Shown here piece by piece: positions 1 through 10,681 of a DNA stretch of 64,000 bases. The notes beneath the pieces were generated by a model. That model made no database searches. It was not told the origin of the DNA and was given only the letters and a program-made list of their open reading frames with translations. Numbering within the stretch: the stretch's first letter is position 1; each line of letters starts with the position of its first letter. Origin of the DNA: Clostridia bacterium (GTDB lineage Bacteria > Bacillota > Clostridia > TANB77 > CAG-508); the NCBI GenBank assembly GCA_045643205.1, contig JAZUKI010000010.1:64001-128000 (forward strand), read 5' to 3'. A program made the translations under genes and the position numbers.

Positions 1-1
1 C

Positions 2-136
2 ACAGCATTCACTGTCATCTTAGGACTAGCGGTAATAAATGTTACTAATAATAAAAAAACAAAGGATGCAGGCAAATATATAAAAAGGCTATTTAAGAAT
101 TCAAATGAAAAAGATTTTGAAGAAGAAATTAAATAA
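2..136 (+). CDS. 3' end of an upstream CDS (partial, likely membrane protein)
   Basis: Open frame from window edge: TAFTVILGLAVINV...EEEIK*, TAA at 134-136, directly before the RBS of the ABC ATPase. Confidence 0.5.
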   Translation, partial: TAFTVILGLAVINVTNNKKTKDAGKYIKRLFKNSNEKDFEEEIK

Positions 137-158
137 ATATAAAAAGTAAGGAGATAAA

Positions 159-887
159 ATGGAAGAGAATTCTATTGAATTAAAGAACTTAACTAAAAAG
201 TTCAAAGAGAATGTCGCTGTAAATGATATTAATTTACAAATAAAAAAAGGTGAATTATTTGGATTATTGGGAACAAATGGCGCAGGAAAAACTACAACAA
301 TAAAAATGTTATCTGGATTAATATTACCAACTTCAGGTGATATTAAAATTGAAGGCATGGATATGAAAAATGATGCTTATAAAATAAAAGAAATACTTAA
401 TGTTTCACCACAAGAAACAGCTATTGCTCCTAATTTAACTGTTAAAGAGAATTTAGAATTTATGGCTGGAGTTTATCAAATCAAAAATAAAAAAGTAAAA
501 ATAGAAGAATTAGTTAAACTATTTGATTTAGATGAAGTGTTAAATAAAAAAGCTAAAAAATTATCTGGAGGATGGCAAAGAAAAGTTTCAATAGCAATAA
601 GCTTAATTAATGATCCTAAGATTTTATTCTTAGACGAGCCAACATTAGGATTAGATGTTATTGCAAGAAAAGAATTGTGGAAAATTATTAATAGCTTGAA
701 AAGCAAAATAACGATCATATTAACAACACATTATATGGAAGAGGCAGAGAGCTTAGCAGATAGAATTGGAATAATGGCAAAGGGAAAACTTGTTGATATA
801 GGAACTTCAGAAGAACTTATTAAAAAGACAAATGCAAAGAACTTTGAAGATGCTTTTGTATCTATTGCAACTGGAGGTGAATTATAA
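159..887 (+). CDS. ABC transporter ATP-binding protein (multidrug/ABC-2 type)
   Basis: Walker A GTNGAGKTT, signature LSGG, Walker B LFLDEPT, H-loop TTHYMEE; RBS AAGGAG. Confidence 0.95.
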   Translation: MEENSIELKNLTKKFKENVAVNDINLQIKKGELFGLLGTNGAGKTTTIKMLSGLILPTSGDIKIEGMDMKNDAYKIKEILNVSPQETAIAPNLTVKENLEFMAGVYQIKNKKVKIEELVKLFDLDEVLNKKAKKLSGGWQRKVSIAISLINDPKILFLDEPTLGLDVIARKELWKIINSLKSKITIILTTHYMEEAESLADRIGIMAKGKLVDIGTSEELIKKTNAKNFEDAFVSIATGGEL

Positions 888-1618
888 TGAGAATATTGAA
901 TTTTGCAAAAAGAAATTTTAAAGAATTAATTAGAGATCCACTAAGTTTAATATTTGAAATAGCATTACCATTATTTTTACTATATATATTTCAACAATTT
1001 AATATACCTAGTGATAGTTTTAAATTAGAGAATTTTACACCAGCTATTGTATTATTTGGTTTTTCGTTTATTACATTATTTAGTGCAACTTTAGTAGCCA
1101 CAGATAGAACATCTTCATTATTAATTAGACTTGGAACTTCACCAATGAAGCCAAGAGACTATATTATAGGATATATTTTATCTATAGTACCAATAGTATT
1201 AATTCAAAATGCATTATTTTTTACAGTAGCTATTTTATTAGGACTAGAATTTAGTATAAATATTATTATAACAATATTAGTATCTATTGTTATATCTATA
1301 TTTTTTATTTCTTTAGGTATATTAATAGGTAGTTTAGTTAGTGAAAAAGCTACTGGAGGAATAGGAAGCGTTATAGTTCAATTTGTATGCTTTACAAGTG
1401 GAATGTACTTTCCACAAGAACTAGTTGGTAATGTTTTTGCAACGATTTGCAAAGCTTTACCATTTGAAGGATTCTTAAATATTATAAAAGGAACATTACA
1501 TAATGATTTTAGCAGTTTAGATAGTGTACATATAATAGTATGCTCAATTTATTTCATAGTAGTTATACTATTATCAATTTTTGCCTTTAAAAAGAAAATG
1601 GTTAGCGATAATAAGTAA
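887..1618 (+). CDS. ABC-2 type transporter permease
   Basis: About 6 hydrophobic segments, RNFKELIRDP start typical of ABC-2 permeases; TAATG overlap with the ATPase. Confidence 0.92.
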   Translation: MRILNFAKRNFKELIRDPLSLIFEIALPLFLLYIFQQFNIPSDSFKLENFTPAIVLFGFSFITLFSATLVATDRTSSLLIRLGTSPMKPRDYIIGYILSIVPIVLIQNALFFTVAILLGLEFSINIIITILVSIVISIFFISLGILIGSLVSEKATGGIGSVIVQFVCFTSGMYFPQELVGNVFATICKALPFEGFLNIIKGTLHNDFSSLDSVHIIVCSIYFIVVILLSIFAFKKKMVSDNK

Positions 1619-1640
1619 AATTAACCAATAAATTCGTAAA

Positions 1641-1718
1641 ATGCAACCAAAATTTGCATAGAAATTTTAAGTTGCAACTTAAAATTGGTAGTGAAAAAAG
1701 AGATGCAACTTTAAAATT
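1641..1718. promoter_or_regulatory. Putative operator array upstream of XRE regulator
   Basis: Perfect 24-bp palindrome AATTTTAAGTTG-CAACTTAAAATT (1663-1686), ATGCAA-N7-TTGCAT (1641-1659) and a further ATGCAACTT half-site (1703-1711). Confidence 0.55.
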
Positions 1719-1739
1719 AAAGGCAGGAGGTGTATAAAA

Positions 1740-2642
1740 ATGAGTTTATCAGAAAACTTACAAAATTTAAGAAAAATTAAAAATATGTCACAAGAGGAGC
1801 TAGCCGAAAAGTTAGAAGTATCAAGGCAGGCAGTTTCAAAGTGGGAAAGTGGAAATGGCTATCCGGAAACAGAAAAGATTATTACTATATGCGAAATATT
1901 TAATTGTAGTATGGATGATTTAATAAAAGGAAAAATTTCAAGTGATATTAAATCAGAAAGAAATGAATATGATTTAGTAATGACTAAATCAGCAAAAGGA
2001 AGTTCACTAGGTGTTGGACTAATTTTACTTGGTGTATCTATAATGTTAACTATATTGGGATTTGCTTGCGATGAACAAACAAAAGAACAACTTGGTTTAA
2101 TTGGAGTTATTGCAATATTAATAGGAGTAGTAGCTGCTTTACCATTATTTATAATAACTGGTGCAAAAGTAGAAAACTTTAAAAAGAAAAATCCTAAGAT
2201 AGCAAATGTATATTCAGAAGAAGAAATTGAAAAAGGAAATGCAAAATATACAGTATATATTGCAGCAGGAATTTCACTAATACTTATAGGTGTTGTAGTA
2301 ATGATGTTATTACTAGGATTAAAAGTGTTTGGAGAAGAAAGTACTTTACCAGTTGCTGTTTTAATGTATTTTATTACAATTGGAGTTCTAGTTCTTATAT
2401 ATTCAGGTGTTATGAAAGATAAATTTGATATAGAGAAATATAATAGAGAAAATACTGCAGAATATAAAAGAGAAGAAAACAAAATTGGAAAAATATGTGG
2501 CGTTATAATGATGGTTGTTACAATAATATTCTTATTATGGGGATTCCTTCTTGATATGTGGTACATAAATTGGGTAGTATATCCAGTTGGAGGAATTATT
2601 TGTGGAATTGTTGCAACTATAATTCAAAAAGAAAAACAATAG
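1740..2642 (+). CDS. XRE-family HTH regulator with C-terminal transmembrane domain
   Basis: N-terminal MSQEELAEKLEVSRQAVSKWESG (HTH_3) followed by about 6 TM helices; RBS AGGAGG. Confidence 0.92.
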   Translation: MSLSENLQNLRKIKNMSQEELAEKLEVSRQAVSKWESGNGYPETEKIITICEIFNCSMDDLIKGKISSDIKSERNEYDLVMTKSAKGSSLGVGLILLGVSIMLTILGFACDEQTKEQLGLIGVIAILIGVVAALPLFIITGAKVENFKKKNPKIANVYSEEEIEKGNAKYTVYIAAGISLILIGVVVMMLLLGLKVFGEESTLPVAVLMYFITIGVLVLIYSGVMKDKFDIEKYNRENTAEYKREENKIGKICGVIMMVVTIIFLLWGFLLDMWYINWVVYPVGGIICGIVATIIQKEKQ

Positions 2643-2674
2643 TTTAAAATAAAATAACGTATAGCCAAGAATTA

Positions 2675-2740
2675 AAATTAAAAGGAAGAGATTAAATACT
2701 GTGAAACTAATTTAGTTCACAAAATCTCTTCCTTTAATTT
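2675..2740. terminator. Bidirectional intrinsic terminator with extended inner hairpin
   Basis: AAAGGAAGAGATT / AATCTCTTCCTTT stem between convergent genes; inner GTGAAACTAA-T-TTAGTTCAC. Confidence 0.8.
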
Positions 2741-2759
2741 TTGGTTTTATGCAAAATTT

Positions 2760-5225
2760 TTAAACAAATTTATCAAAATTTCCTTTTGTAAATTCTATAC
2801 CAGAAAATACATTATCAGATTTTACATGTCTTATAATGTCATTAATTTGATCAATTGTTTCATCAATTATTGAAACACGCGCAACATTCGGTTTTACAAA
2901 AGAATGCGAAACAGAAGTTATTTTACTATTATAGATAGTTGTAATTGTTTGTAAATTATCAGGAATAATTCTAAAATGAAAACCTAATCTATCTTTAATA
3001 AAATATTTATTACCATTGCGACATTTCATATCACATTCAGGATAACATTTATTTGATTTTCCTAATAAACAATAACCTGAATTCATTAAAGGCAATCTTC
3101 CATAAACCATTAATTCAGTAGGAAGAGAAGATTGCTCTGATAAATTTTGCAATGTTTGTTCATCTAGCTCAGGAGATAGAGTAATTCTAGATACTCCGAT
3201 ATTTTTTAAATTATTAATTGTATGATTGTTAAAAATATTCAAATTATAATTGGCAATTATTTCCAACTGATTTTGATAATCTTTAAAATAATCAATACAA
3301 CCTAAATTAGTTATAAGCAATCCTTTAACTTTAAATTTTTTTAAAACTTCAGGTAAATCTAAGAATAAAATATTTCTATAATTATCTTTAAGAATTACAG
3401 GCATTGCAGCAACGAGTTTAGCTTTAGATGATAATTGCTTTATTGAATTTTCATAGCGAGGATCTTTCATATAATAGAATGGAACATAAGCATAATCAAA
3501 ATCCTCAAGCATAGTATAATCGAATGCTGTATTTAGTTGATGAAACATAATTGAAGTTTTAGTTTCTTGCACATTATTTTTTTGTGATAAACTTAATTCA
3601 GCTTGTGGTGGTAAAGTTCGTTCAAATCTTTTTATTGCTTGTTCTTCAATATCTTTTATACATTGTCTTCTAAGTTCATTTAATGCAGCTAGTTTTGGTA
3701 AATGTACATTTTCATCCAACACTACTTTAATAAATTTAAATTCAAATTGTGTATCTTTTGTTTTTGATAATTGTTCTCTAACTCTATCAATAGTTAAAGG
3801 TTTATTAAGTGCTTCATCTGGAATAATATCATCCAAAGTTTTTAAAGATGAAATAGAGAAGAAAGTACCATAATTATCTTTTGTTGTAACTTCAAATGAA
3901 ATAGGTTGTCCAATTTTTATTTTTGCTTCACCATATAAAGAAATCTTTTTGTTTTCTAATTTTAATGAATTTTCAATTTCTTCAGATAGAGAAGCATCGG
4001 TTATTTTATAAACTTCATCACCAGGTTTAATATTTCCTTTTAATCTTCCAATAGTAACAATTGAGCCAGCTTCAGCAACCCTAACATTTTCTTTGTTAAT
4101 CATCAATTCGGAAATTGTATATTTTGTGGAATCTTCTTTTTCTGTTGAAACTTTATCTCCAATTGAAATATGTTCTTTTAATTTTAATGTTACCAAACCT
4201 TTTTTAGCGTTAACAGAAGAAATGATACCTAATTTTAAACCTTGATTATTAGGTTTATTTTTATAAATATAATTTCTATTAGGATCATTATTAAAATTTC
4301 CATCTGAAAAATTCCCACGATTGAATACTTGCATTAGTGCTTTAACATCTTCTTTATCAACAACATATTCTTTATCAGATAAAGCTAAATCAATATATTT
4401 TCTATATATTCTAGTAACAGTAGCAACATATTCGGGTGGCTTCATACGACCTTCAATTTTAAAACATTTTACGCCAGCTTTTATTAGTTGGGGAATATAA
4501 TATAGTCCACACAAATCTCTAGGACTAAGAATATAACCACTATCTAACGATTTAAAATTTCCACTATCATAAAAGTTACTATCATTAAGTGCATTATTAT
4601 TAAATGTTGAATTTTTATATTCTAATAATTCATATGGTAGTCTACAAGGTTGAGCACATTTTCCACGATTACCAGAACGAGCACCAACTGAGCTAGAAAA
4701 TAAACATTGTCCTGAGTATGAAATACAAAGAGCACCATGGATAAAAGTTTCAACTTCTAATTTTGTATGTGAACAGATATATTCGATTTCTCGCATCGAT
4801 AATTCACGAGAAAGTACAACTCTTTTAAAACCAAGGCTTTCAAGCTCAGCAACACCTTGTAAATTGTGAACTGTCATTTGAGTAGAAGCATGAACATCCA
4901 TACCAGGTAAATTGTTAATTATATATTTTGCAAGACCTAAATCTTGTACAATTACAGCATCACATCCAAGTTGATAAATATAATTTGCTAATTCTATGGC
5001 TGCCTCGAATTCATCATTTTTTAGCAAAGTATTTAATGTAAAATTAATTCTTACATTTCTTAATTTTGCATATCTAATAGCTTCTTTTAATTCTTCTTTA
5101 TTGAAGTTGTGAGCAGAAGCTCTAGCATTAAAATTGCCACCACCGAAATATACGGCGTCAGCACCATTTTGAACAGCAGCTTTTAAACATTCAAAGTCTC
5201 CAACAGGAGATAGAAGTTCTACCAA
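2760..5225 (-). CDS. Peptidase U32 family protein with DUF3656-type extension (RlhA/TrhP-like RNA hydroxylation enzyme)
   Basis: ELLSPVG, GADAVYFG, HGALCISYSGQCLFSS, RGKCAQPCRLPY, KIEGRMK motifs; TTG start with GGAGG RBS. Confidence 0.88.
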   Translation of the reverse strand: MVELLSPVGDFECLKAAVQNGADAVYFGGGNFNARASAHNFNKEELKEAIRYAKLRNVRINFTLNTLLKNDEFEAAIELANYIYQLGCDAVIVQDLGLAKYIINNLPGMDVHASTQMTVHNLQGVAELESLGFKRVVLSRELSMREIEYICSHTKLEVETFIHGALCISYSGQCLFSSSVGARSGNRGKCAQPCRLPYELLEYKNSTFNNNALNDSNFYDSGNFKSLDSGYILSPRDLCGLYYIPQLIKAGVKCFKIEGRMKPPEYVATVTRIYRKYIDLALSDKEYVVDKEDVKALMQVFNRGNFSDGNFNNDPNRNYIYKNKPNNQGLKLGIISSVNAKKGLVTLKLKEHISIGDKVSTEKEDSTKYTISELMINKENVRVAEAGSIVTIGRLKGNIKPGDEVYKITDASLSEEIENSLKLENKKISLYGEAKIKIGQPISFEVTTKDNYGTFFSISSLKTLDDIIPDEALNKPLTIDRVREQLSKTKDTQFEFKFIKVVLDENVHLPKLAALNELRRQCIKDIEEQAIKRFERTLPPQAELSLSQKNNVQETKTSIMFHQLNTAFDYTMLEDFDYAYVPFYYMKDPRYENSIKQLSSKAKLVAAMPVILKDNYRNILFLDLPEVLKKFKVKGLLITNLGCIDYFKDYQNQLEIIANYNLNIFNNHTINNLKNIGVSRITLSPELDEQTLQNLSEQSSLPTELMVYGRLPLMNSGYCLLGKSNKCYPECDMKCRNGNKYFIKDRLGFHFRIIPDNLQTITTIYNSKITSVSHSFVKPNVARVSIIDETIDQINDIIRHVKSDNVFSGIEFTKGNFDKFV

Positions 5226-5355
5226 TTTAACCTCCTAAAAACAAATTCTGAAATTCATTTTATCTCTAAAAATTATACAGAAAAAAACAAGTAAAATCAA
5301 TTTAAATAATATTTACTTTTTGTTATTAAGTAACCAAAATTTAATATGATTTTGA

Positions 5356-5384
5356 TTGACTTTAATAACTAGTTATAAGATAAT
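5356..5384 (+). promoter_or_regulatory. sigma-A promoter of glgP-pyk-ppaC
   Basis: TTGACT-17 bp-GATAAT upstream of AAGGAGG RBS. Confidence 0.6.
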
Positions 5385-5430
5385 TAATTAGTATACAAAT
5401 GATTTTTTTAATTACTAAGGAGGAGTATAA

Positions 5431-8001
5431 ATGCCTTATGTTTTCAATAAAATAACTGTAAGGCCACAGTTACCAAAGAGAATAAATAAATTAAGTGAAA
5501 TATCATATAATTTATGGTGGTCTTGGAATACTGATTTTCTAAGATTATTTAAAGAAATTGATGTTGATTTATGGGAAAAATGTCAAAAAAATCCTGTTAA
5601 ATTTTTAAGACTTGTTTCTCAAGATAAGTTAGAAGCTGTTATAAATGACGAAGAATTTTTAAAGAGTTATGATACCGTAGTAGAAGAATTTGAAAATTAT
5701 ATGAATAGTAAGAATACTTGGTATTCAAAAAATCACGCTGATCATAAAGATGATTCAATTGCGTATTTTTCTGCTGAGTATGGATTAGATCAAACTGTAG
5801 GAATTTATGCAGGTGGATTAGGAATATTATCTGGAGATCATTTAAAAGCAGCAAGTGATTTAGGTATACCATTAACAGGTATTGGACTACTTTATAAAAA
5901 TGGATACTTTACACAAGAAATAAATGGCTTTGGAGAACAACAAACTGTTTATAAAGATTTAGATTTTGACTTTTTGCCAATTCATGAAGTTAAAGATGAA
6001 GAAGGAAAACCATTGATGGTTTCTGTAAATATGCCAGATCGTGAAGTATTCTTAAAAGTATATAGAATAGATGTTGGTAGAATTAAATTATATTTGATGG
6101 ATTCCGATATCGAAGAGAATGCAGATTCTGCATATAGAGAAATTACAACAAAACTATATGGTGGAGATCAAGAATATAGAATTCAACAAGAAATTGTATT
6201 AGGCATTGGTGGAGTTAGATTAGTTAAAAAACTTGGATTAGATCCTAGTGTTTATCACATGAATGAAGGACATTCATCTTTCTTAACTTTTGAATTAATA
6301 TCTAACTTAATGAAAGAAAAAGAAATTTCATTTGCAATGGCTAGAACAATGATTTATTCAAAAACAGTATTTACAACTCATACACCAGTTCCAGCAGGAA
6401 ACGATATTTTCCCAGTTGAATTAATTGAAAAATATTTTGATGGATTATGGGAAAAATTCGGTATTCCAAAGGAAAGATTCTTAAGATTAGGAATGAAAGT
6501 TAACGATTCAATGGCTAATGGATTCAATATGGGAATTCTTGCTTTGAAGGTTGCTGGTAAGAAAAATGGAGTTAGTAAGCTTCACGGAGCCGTATCTAGA
6601 GAGCTATTTACAGATATTTGGCCAGATGTACCACCTCAAGAATCACCTATTGGATATGTAACAAATGGAGTACATACATGCACATGGCTTGCACCAACGA
6701 TGAAAAAGTTGTATAATCAATACCTACGTCCATATTGGCAGGACAATATTCCTGATGATGAAACATGGAAAGGAATTTATAACATTCCTGATAGTGAATT
6801 ATGGGGAAAACATCAAGAGTGCAAACAAAAATTAATTGATATGATTAAGAAATCAACAACAGAGAGATTAAGAAGATATAATTATTCTTATGAAGATATT
6901 GATTCAATAGTAGGAACACTTGATCCAAATGTTTTAACAATTGGATTTGCAAGAAGATTTGCAACATATAAGAGAGCTACATTAATTTTTAGAGATCTTG
7001 AAAGAATAACAAAAATCTTTAATGATGCAGGAATGCCAATACAACTTGTTTTTGCAGGTAAGGCTCATCCTTATGATAAAGAGGGCGCAGGATTAATCAA
7101 ATACATCCATGAATTATCTTTAAAACCACAATTTAGAGGAAAATTATTCTTATTAGAAAACTATAACATTGGTACAAGTAGATATTTAGTATCTGGTGTT
7201 GATGTTTGGTTAAATAACCCACGTAGACCATTAGAAGCTTCAGGAACATCTGGACAAAAAGCTGCAGTAAACGGAGCTATTAATTTCAGTGTTCTAGACG
7301 GATGGTGGGCTGAAGGTTATAATCAAAAGAATGGTTGGACAATTGGAACTAATGAAGAATTTACTTCTTATGAAGTTCAAGATAATGTTGATTCTAAAAG
7401 CATGTATGATACATTGGAAGAAAAAATTATGCCAATGTATTATAGAAAAAATGATGAAGGATATTCACCAGAATGGTTACAAGTTATGAAGAACTCTATA
7501 GCTTCTAACTCTGGAGTTTATTCTACAGCAAGAATGCTTCAAGATTATACAAATCAATTCTATGTTCCATTGATGGAATTAAAACCAACATATTCTGTTT
7601 TAGAAAACATTGTTAAATATAATGACTGGAGATTTAATATTCATGAGCACTTTGATGAAATTGAAATCAAACAAAGTGAAGAAAATTTCAACAATGAAGT
7701 AGTTGATGCTGGAAATCAAATGGAAGTTGGATGTGAAATTAAGATCCCAGTTACTATAGATGTTAATAGTGTTTTACCACAGGTATTCTATGGAAAGATT
7801 TCTGATAAAGGAATTGTAGATGACATTAAGATAGTTGATATGTCTTTAGTAGGACAAGAAGAGAATGTTTATAAATACAAAGCAAAGATTGATTTAAAAA
7901 CAGGTGGTGATTATGGATACACATTTAGAGTTGTACCACATAATGACATGATTCTAGATCCTATGACATTAAACGAAATCAAATGGATTACAGAAGATTA
8001 A
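5431..8001 (+). CDS. glgP: Alpha-glucan (glycogen/maltodextrin) phosphorylase
   Basis: NLWWSW, AYFSAEYG, GGLGILSGD, HMNEGH, ARRFATYKR, PLP-lysine motif EASGTSGQK. Confidence 0.96.
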   Translation: MPYVFNKITVRPQLPKRINKLSEISYNLWWSWNTDFLRLFKEIDVDLWEKCQKNPVKFLRLVSQDKLEAVINDEEFLKSYDTVVEEFENYMNSKNTWYSKNHADHKDDSIAYFSAEYGLDQTVGIYAGGLGILSGDHLKAASDLGIPLTGIGLLYKNGYFTQEINGFGEQQTVYKDLDFDFLPIHEVKDEEGKPLMVSVNMPDREVFLKVYRIDVGRIKLYLMDSDIEENADSAYREITTKLYGGDQEYRIQQEIVLGIGGVRLVKKLGLDPSVYHMNEGHSSFLTFELISNLMKEKEISFAMARTMIYSKTVFTTHTPVPAGNDIFPVELIEKYFDGLWEKFGIPKERFLRLGMKVNDSMANGFNMGILALKVAGKKNGVSKLHGAVSRELFTDIWPDVPPQESPIGYVTNGVHTCTWLAPTMKKLYNQYLRPYWQDNIPDDETWKGIYNIPDSELWGKHQECKQKLIDMIKKSTTERLRRYNYSYEDIDSIVGTLDPNVLTIGFARRFATYKRATLIFRDLERITKIFNDAGMPIQLVFAGKAHPYDKEGAGLIKYIHELSLKPQFRGKLFLLENYNIGTSRYLVSGVDVWLNNPRRPLEASGTSGQKAAVNGAINFSVLDGWWAEGYNQKNGWTIGTNEEFTSYEVQDNVDSKSMYDTLEEKIMPMYYRKNDEGYSPEWLQVMKNSIASNSGVYSTARMLQDYTNQFYVPLMELKPTYSVLENIVKYNDWRFNIHEHFDEIEIKQSEENFNNEVVDAGNQMEVGCEIKIPVTIDVNSVLPQVFYGKISDKGIVDDIKIVDMSLVGQEENVYKYKAKIDLKTGGDYGYTFRVVPHNDMILDPMTLNEIKWITED

Positions 8002-8077
8002 AAAATAAGTACAAAAGATGGAAATTGCAAAAAAAGGCAAAATATTTTAAAACTAGAAAGAAGGAAAAAATTACTTT

Positions 8078-9514
8078 ATGAAAAACTTTAGAAAGACAAA
8101 AATTATTGGAACAATAGGACCAGCAAGTGATAACGAAGAAACATTAAGAAAACTTATGCAAGAAGGATTAAACTGTGCAAGAATTAACTTCTCACACGGT
8201 GGATATGAAGAAAACAAAGAAAAAATCAACTTAATCAAAAGATTAAGAGATGAATTAGGATTACCAATTGCATTAGCACTTGATACAAAAGGTCCAGAAA
8301 TTAGAACAGGAAAATTTGTCGATGGACAAAAACAAGAATTACATGAAGGAGATACTTTTACATTTGTAAAAGAAGAGATTGAAGGAGACAATACTAAAAC
8401 TACTATTAGTTATGGTGATCTTTATAAGAGTCTTAAACCTGGAAACACAATTTTAGTTGATGACGGAACAATTGAATGTGAAGTTATAGCTATTGAAGGA
8501 ACAAACATCGTTACAAAAATTTTAAACGGGGGAATGTTAGGACAAAGAAAAACAGTTAATGTTCCAGGAGTTGAAATTGATTTACCTGCATTATCTGAAA
8601 AAGATACTGCTGATATTAAAGCTGGAATTGAAGCTGGTTTCGATTATATATTTGCTTCATTTATCAGAAGACCAGATGATGTTCTACAAATAAGAAAATT
8701 ATTAGATGACAATGGTGGAGAAAAAGTTGAAATCATTTCTAAAATTGAAAGTATGGAAGGTGTTGCAAACTTTGATGATATCCTTAAACTTTCAAATGGT
8801 ATTATGGTTGCACGTGGTGACTTAGGTGTTGAAATTCCACTTGAACAAGTTCCAGTTGTTCAAAAACAAATGATTAGAAAATGTAATGATGCTGGAAAAC
8901 CAGTTATTATTGCAACTCAAATGTTAGAGTCAATGCAAGAAAATCCAAGACCAACAAGAGCAGAAGTTTCAGACGTTGCTAATGCTGTTTATGATTTAAC
9001 AAGCTGTATTATGCTTTCTGGAGAAGTTGCTCAAGGTAAATATCCAATCGAATGTGTTAAGGATATGGACAAAATTGCAAAATCTTGCGAAGGTTCATTA
9101 CATTATTGGTCAAGATTCTCAGCAAAAGATTATAGACATTCAAAAGGAAACTTCAAGGCTGTTGCAGCTTATGGTTCTTGTGTAATTGCTAAAGAGATTT
9201 CAGCAGATGGAATTTTATCATATACACATACAGGAGTTTCATTAAATTATATTTCTTCATTACGTCCAGGATGCCCAATTGTTGCTGTAACAGATGACAA
9301 GAAGACATTCTATAAAATGGGATTAGTTCAAAACGTATATCCTGTTTTCATTGAACCACAAGAATCAATTAATTCAACAATTGAAACTGGTATCAAACAA
9401 CTTGAAAAAGATGGAATCTTTGAAAAGGGTGATACAATAGTAATTTGTAGTGGAAGCAAGATTCTTCCAACAGAAAAAGAAAGCTACACTGTAGGTGGAG
9501 TTATAAAGATTTAA
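8078..9514 (+). CDS. pyk: Pyruvate kinase
   Basis: RKTKIIGTIGPAS, ARINFSHG, DTKGPEIRTG, MVARGDLGVE, ATQMLESM, PTRAEVSDV. Confidence 0.97.
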   Translation: MKNFRKTKIIGTIGPASDNEETLRKLMQEGLNCARINFSHGGYEENKEKINLIKRLRDELGLPIALALDTKGPEIRTGKFVDGQKQELHEGDTFTFVKEEIEGDNTKTTISYGDLYKSLKPGNTILVDDGTIECEVIAIEGTNIVTKILNGGMLGQRKTVNVPGVEIDLPALSEKDTADIKAGIEAGFDYIFASFIRRPDDVLQIRKLLDDNGGEKVEIISKIESMEGVANFDDILKLSNGIMVARGDLGVEIPLEQVPVVQKQMIRKCNDAGKPVIIATQMLESMQENPRPTRAEVSDVANAVYDLTSCIMLSGEVAQGKYPIECVKDMDKIAKSCEGSLHYWSRFSAKDYRHSKGNFKAVAAYGSCVIAKEISADGILSYTHTGVSLNYISSLRPGCPIVAVTDDKKTFYKMGLVQNVYPVFIEPQESINSTIETGIKQLEKDGIFEKGDTIVICSGSKILPTEKESYTVGGVIKI

Positions 9515-9571
9515 TTGAGAGGTTAAATTGAGAAATTAATTTAAAGTTTTCTCAAATGAAAGGAATTAAAA

Positions 9572-10501
9572 ATGAGTAAATTATTAGTTTTTGGACATTT
9601 AAATCCTGACACAGATACAATTTGTTCAAGTATTGTAGCTGCAAATTTAATAAATAAATTAGATTTAGGATATGAAGCTGAACCAGTTAGATTGGGAAAA
9701 TTAAATAAAGAAACAGAATATGTTTTTAATTATTTAAATATTGAAGCTCAAAGAGAAATTTCTTCAGTTGGTGAAGATGATTTAGTATGGTTAGTAGATC
9801 ATAATGAAGCAGGACAAAGCGCTGAAGGAAGAGAAAAAGCAACAGTAGTAGGTGTTATTGATCATCATAGAGTAAAAGATTTCGAAACAATTACACCATT
9901 ATATTATATTGCTAAACCTTATGGATGCACATCTACAATTCTTTATGAATTATATAATAGAAACAATGTTGAAATAGATAAAGAAATGGCTACTTTAATG
10001 CTTAGTGCTATTATTTCAGATACACTATTATTAAAGTCACCAACATGTACACAAAAAGATGTTGAAGCATTCAAAGAATTAGAAAAAATTGCTGGAGTTG
10101 ATGCAGCTGTATACGGATTAGAAATGCTTAAAGCAGGTACAGATATTAGCACATTATCAGCAAAAGAAGTAATTGAATTAGATGCTAAATTATTTGAAGA
10201 AAAAGGAAAAAAATTAGTTGTAGCACAAGTAAATACAGCTGATATAGATGATGTTTTCTCTAGAAAAGATGAAATATCATTTGCAATTGAAAAAGAAATT
10301 GCAGATAAGGGATTAGATTTATATATGTTTGTTATAACAGACATTATTAATACAAATTCTAAAGTTATGGTTTTAGGAAACGACAAAGAAATAGTAGAAA
10401 AAGCATTTGATAAAAAACTTGACGAAGATGATTCTATGCTATTAGAAGGAGTAGTTTCAAGAAAGAAACAAATCGCACCTCCAATTTTAGCAAATTTATA
10501 A
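9572..10501 (+). CDS. ppaC: Mn-dependent inorganic pyrophosphatase (family II)
   Basis: GHLNPDTD, VDHNE, IDHH, SDTLLLKSPT, C-terminal GVVSRKKQ. Confidence 0.96.
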   Translation: MSKLLVFGHLNPDTDTICSSIVAANLINKLDLGYEAEPVRLGKLNKETEYVFNYLNIEAQREISSVGEDDLVWLVDHNEAGQSAEGREKATVVGVIDHHRVKDFETITPLYYIAKPYGCTSTILYELYNRNNVEIDKEMATLMLSAIISDTLLLKSPTCTQKDVEAFKELEKIAGVDAAVYGLEMLKAGTDISTLSAKEVIELDAKLFEEKGKKLVVAQVNTADIDDVFSRKDEISFAIEKEIADKGLDLYMFVITDIINTNSKVMVLGNDKEIVEKAFDKKLDEDDSMLLEGVVSRKKQIAPPILANL

Positions 10502-10526
10502 TATATACTTAATAAGCTTTAATAAG

Positions 10527-10587
10527 AAAGAGTTGCTTATGAAGTGAACCTTAGTTGGAACATTTCATAAATAGCAACTCTTTTTTT
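10527..10587 (+). terminator. Intrinsic terminator after ppaC
   Basis: AAAGAGTTGCT / AGCAACTCTTT stem with T-tract; long structured loop. Confidence 0.8.
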
Positions 10588-10681
10588 AAATGTAATCTAT
10601 CTGTAATGGTATTATGTATGCAGTTTTGCTATAATTTTAAGTGTAAAATTGTGTTAAATTTTATGTACGAAAGGAAAAAAT

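Noticed and set aside
5320-5337. TTGTTATTAAGTAACCAA as a Rex operator upstream of glgP
   Set aside because: Too many mismatches to TTGTTAA-N4-TTAACAA in AT-rich context
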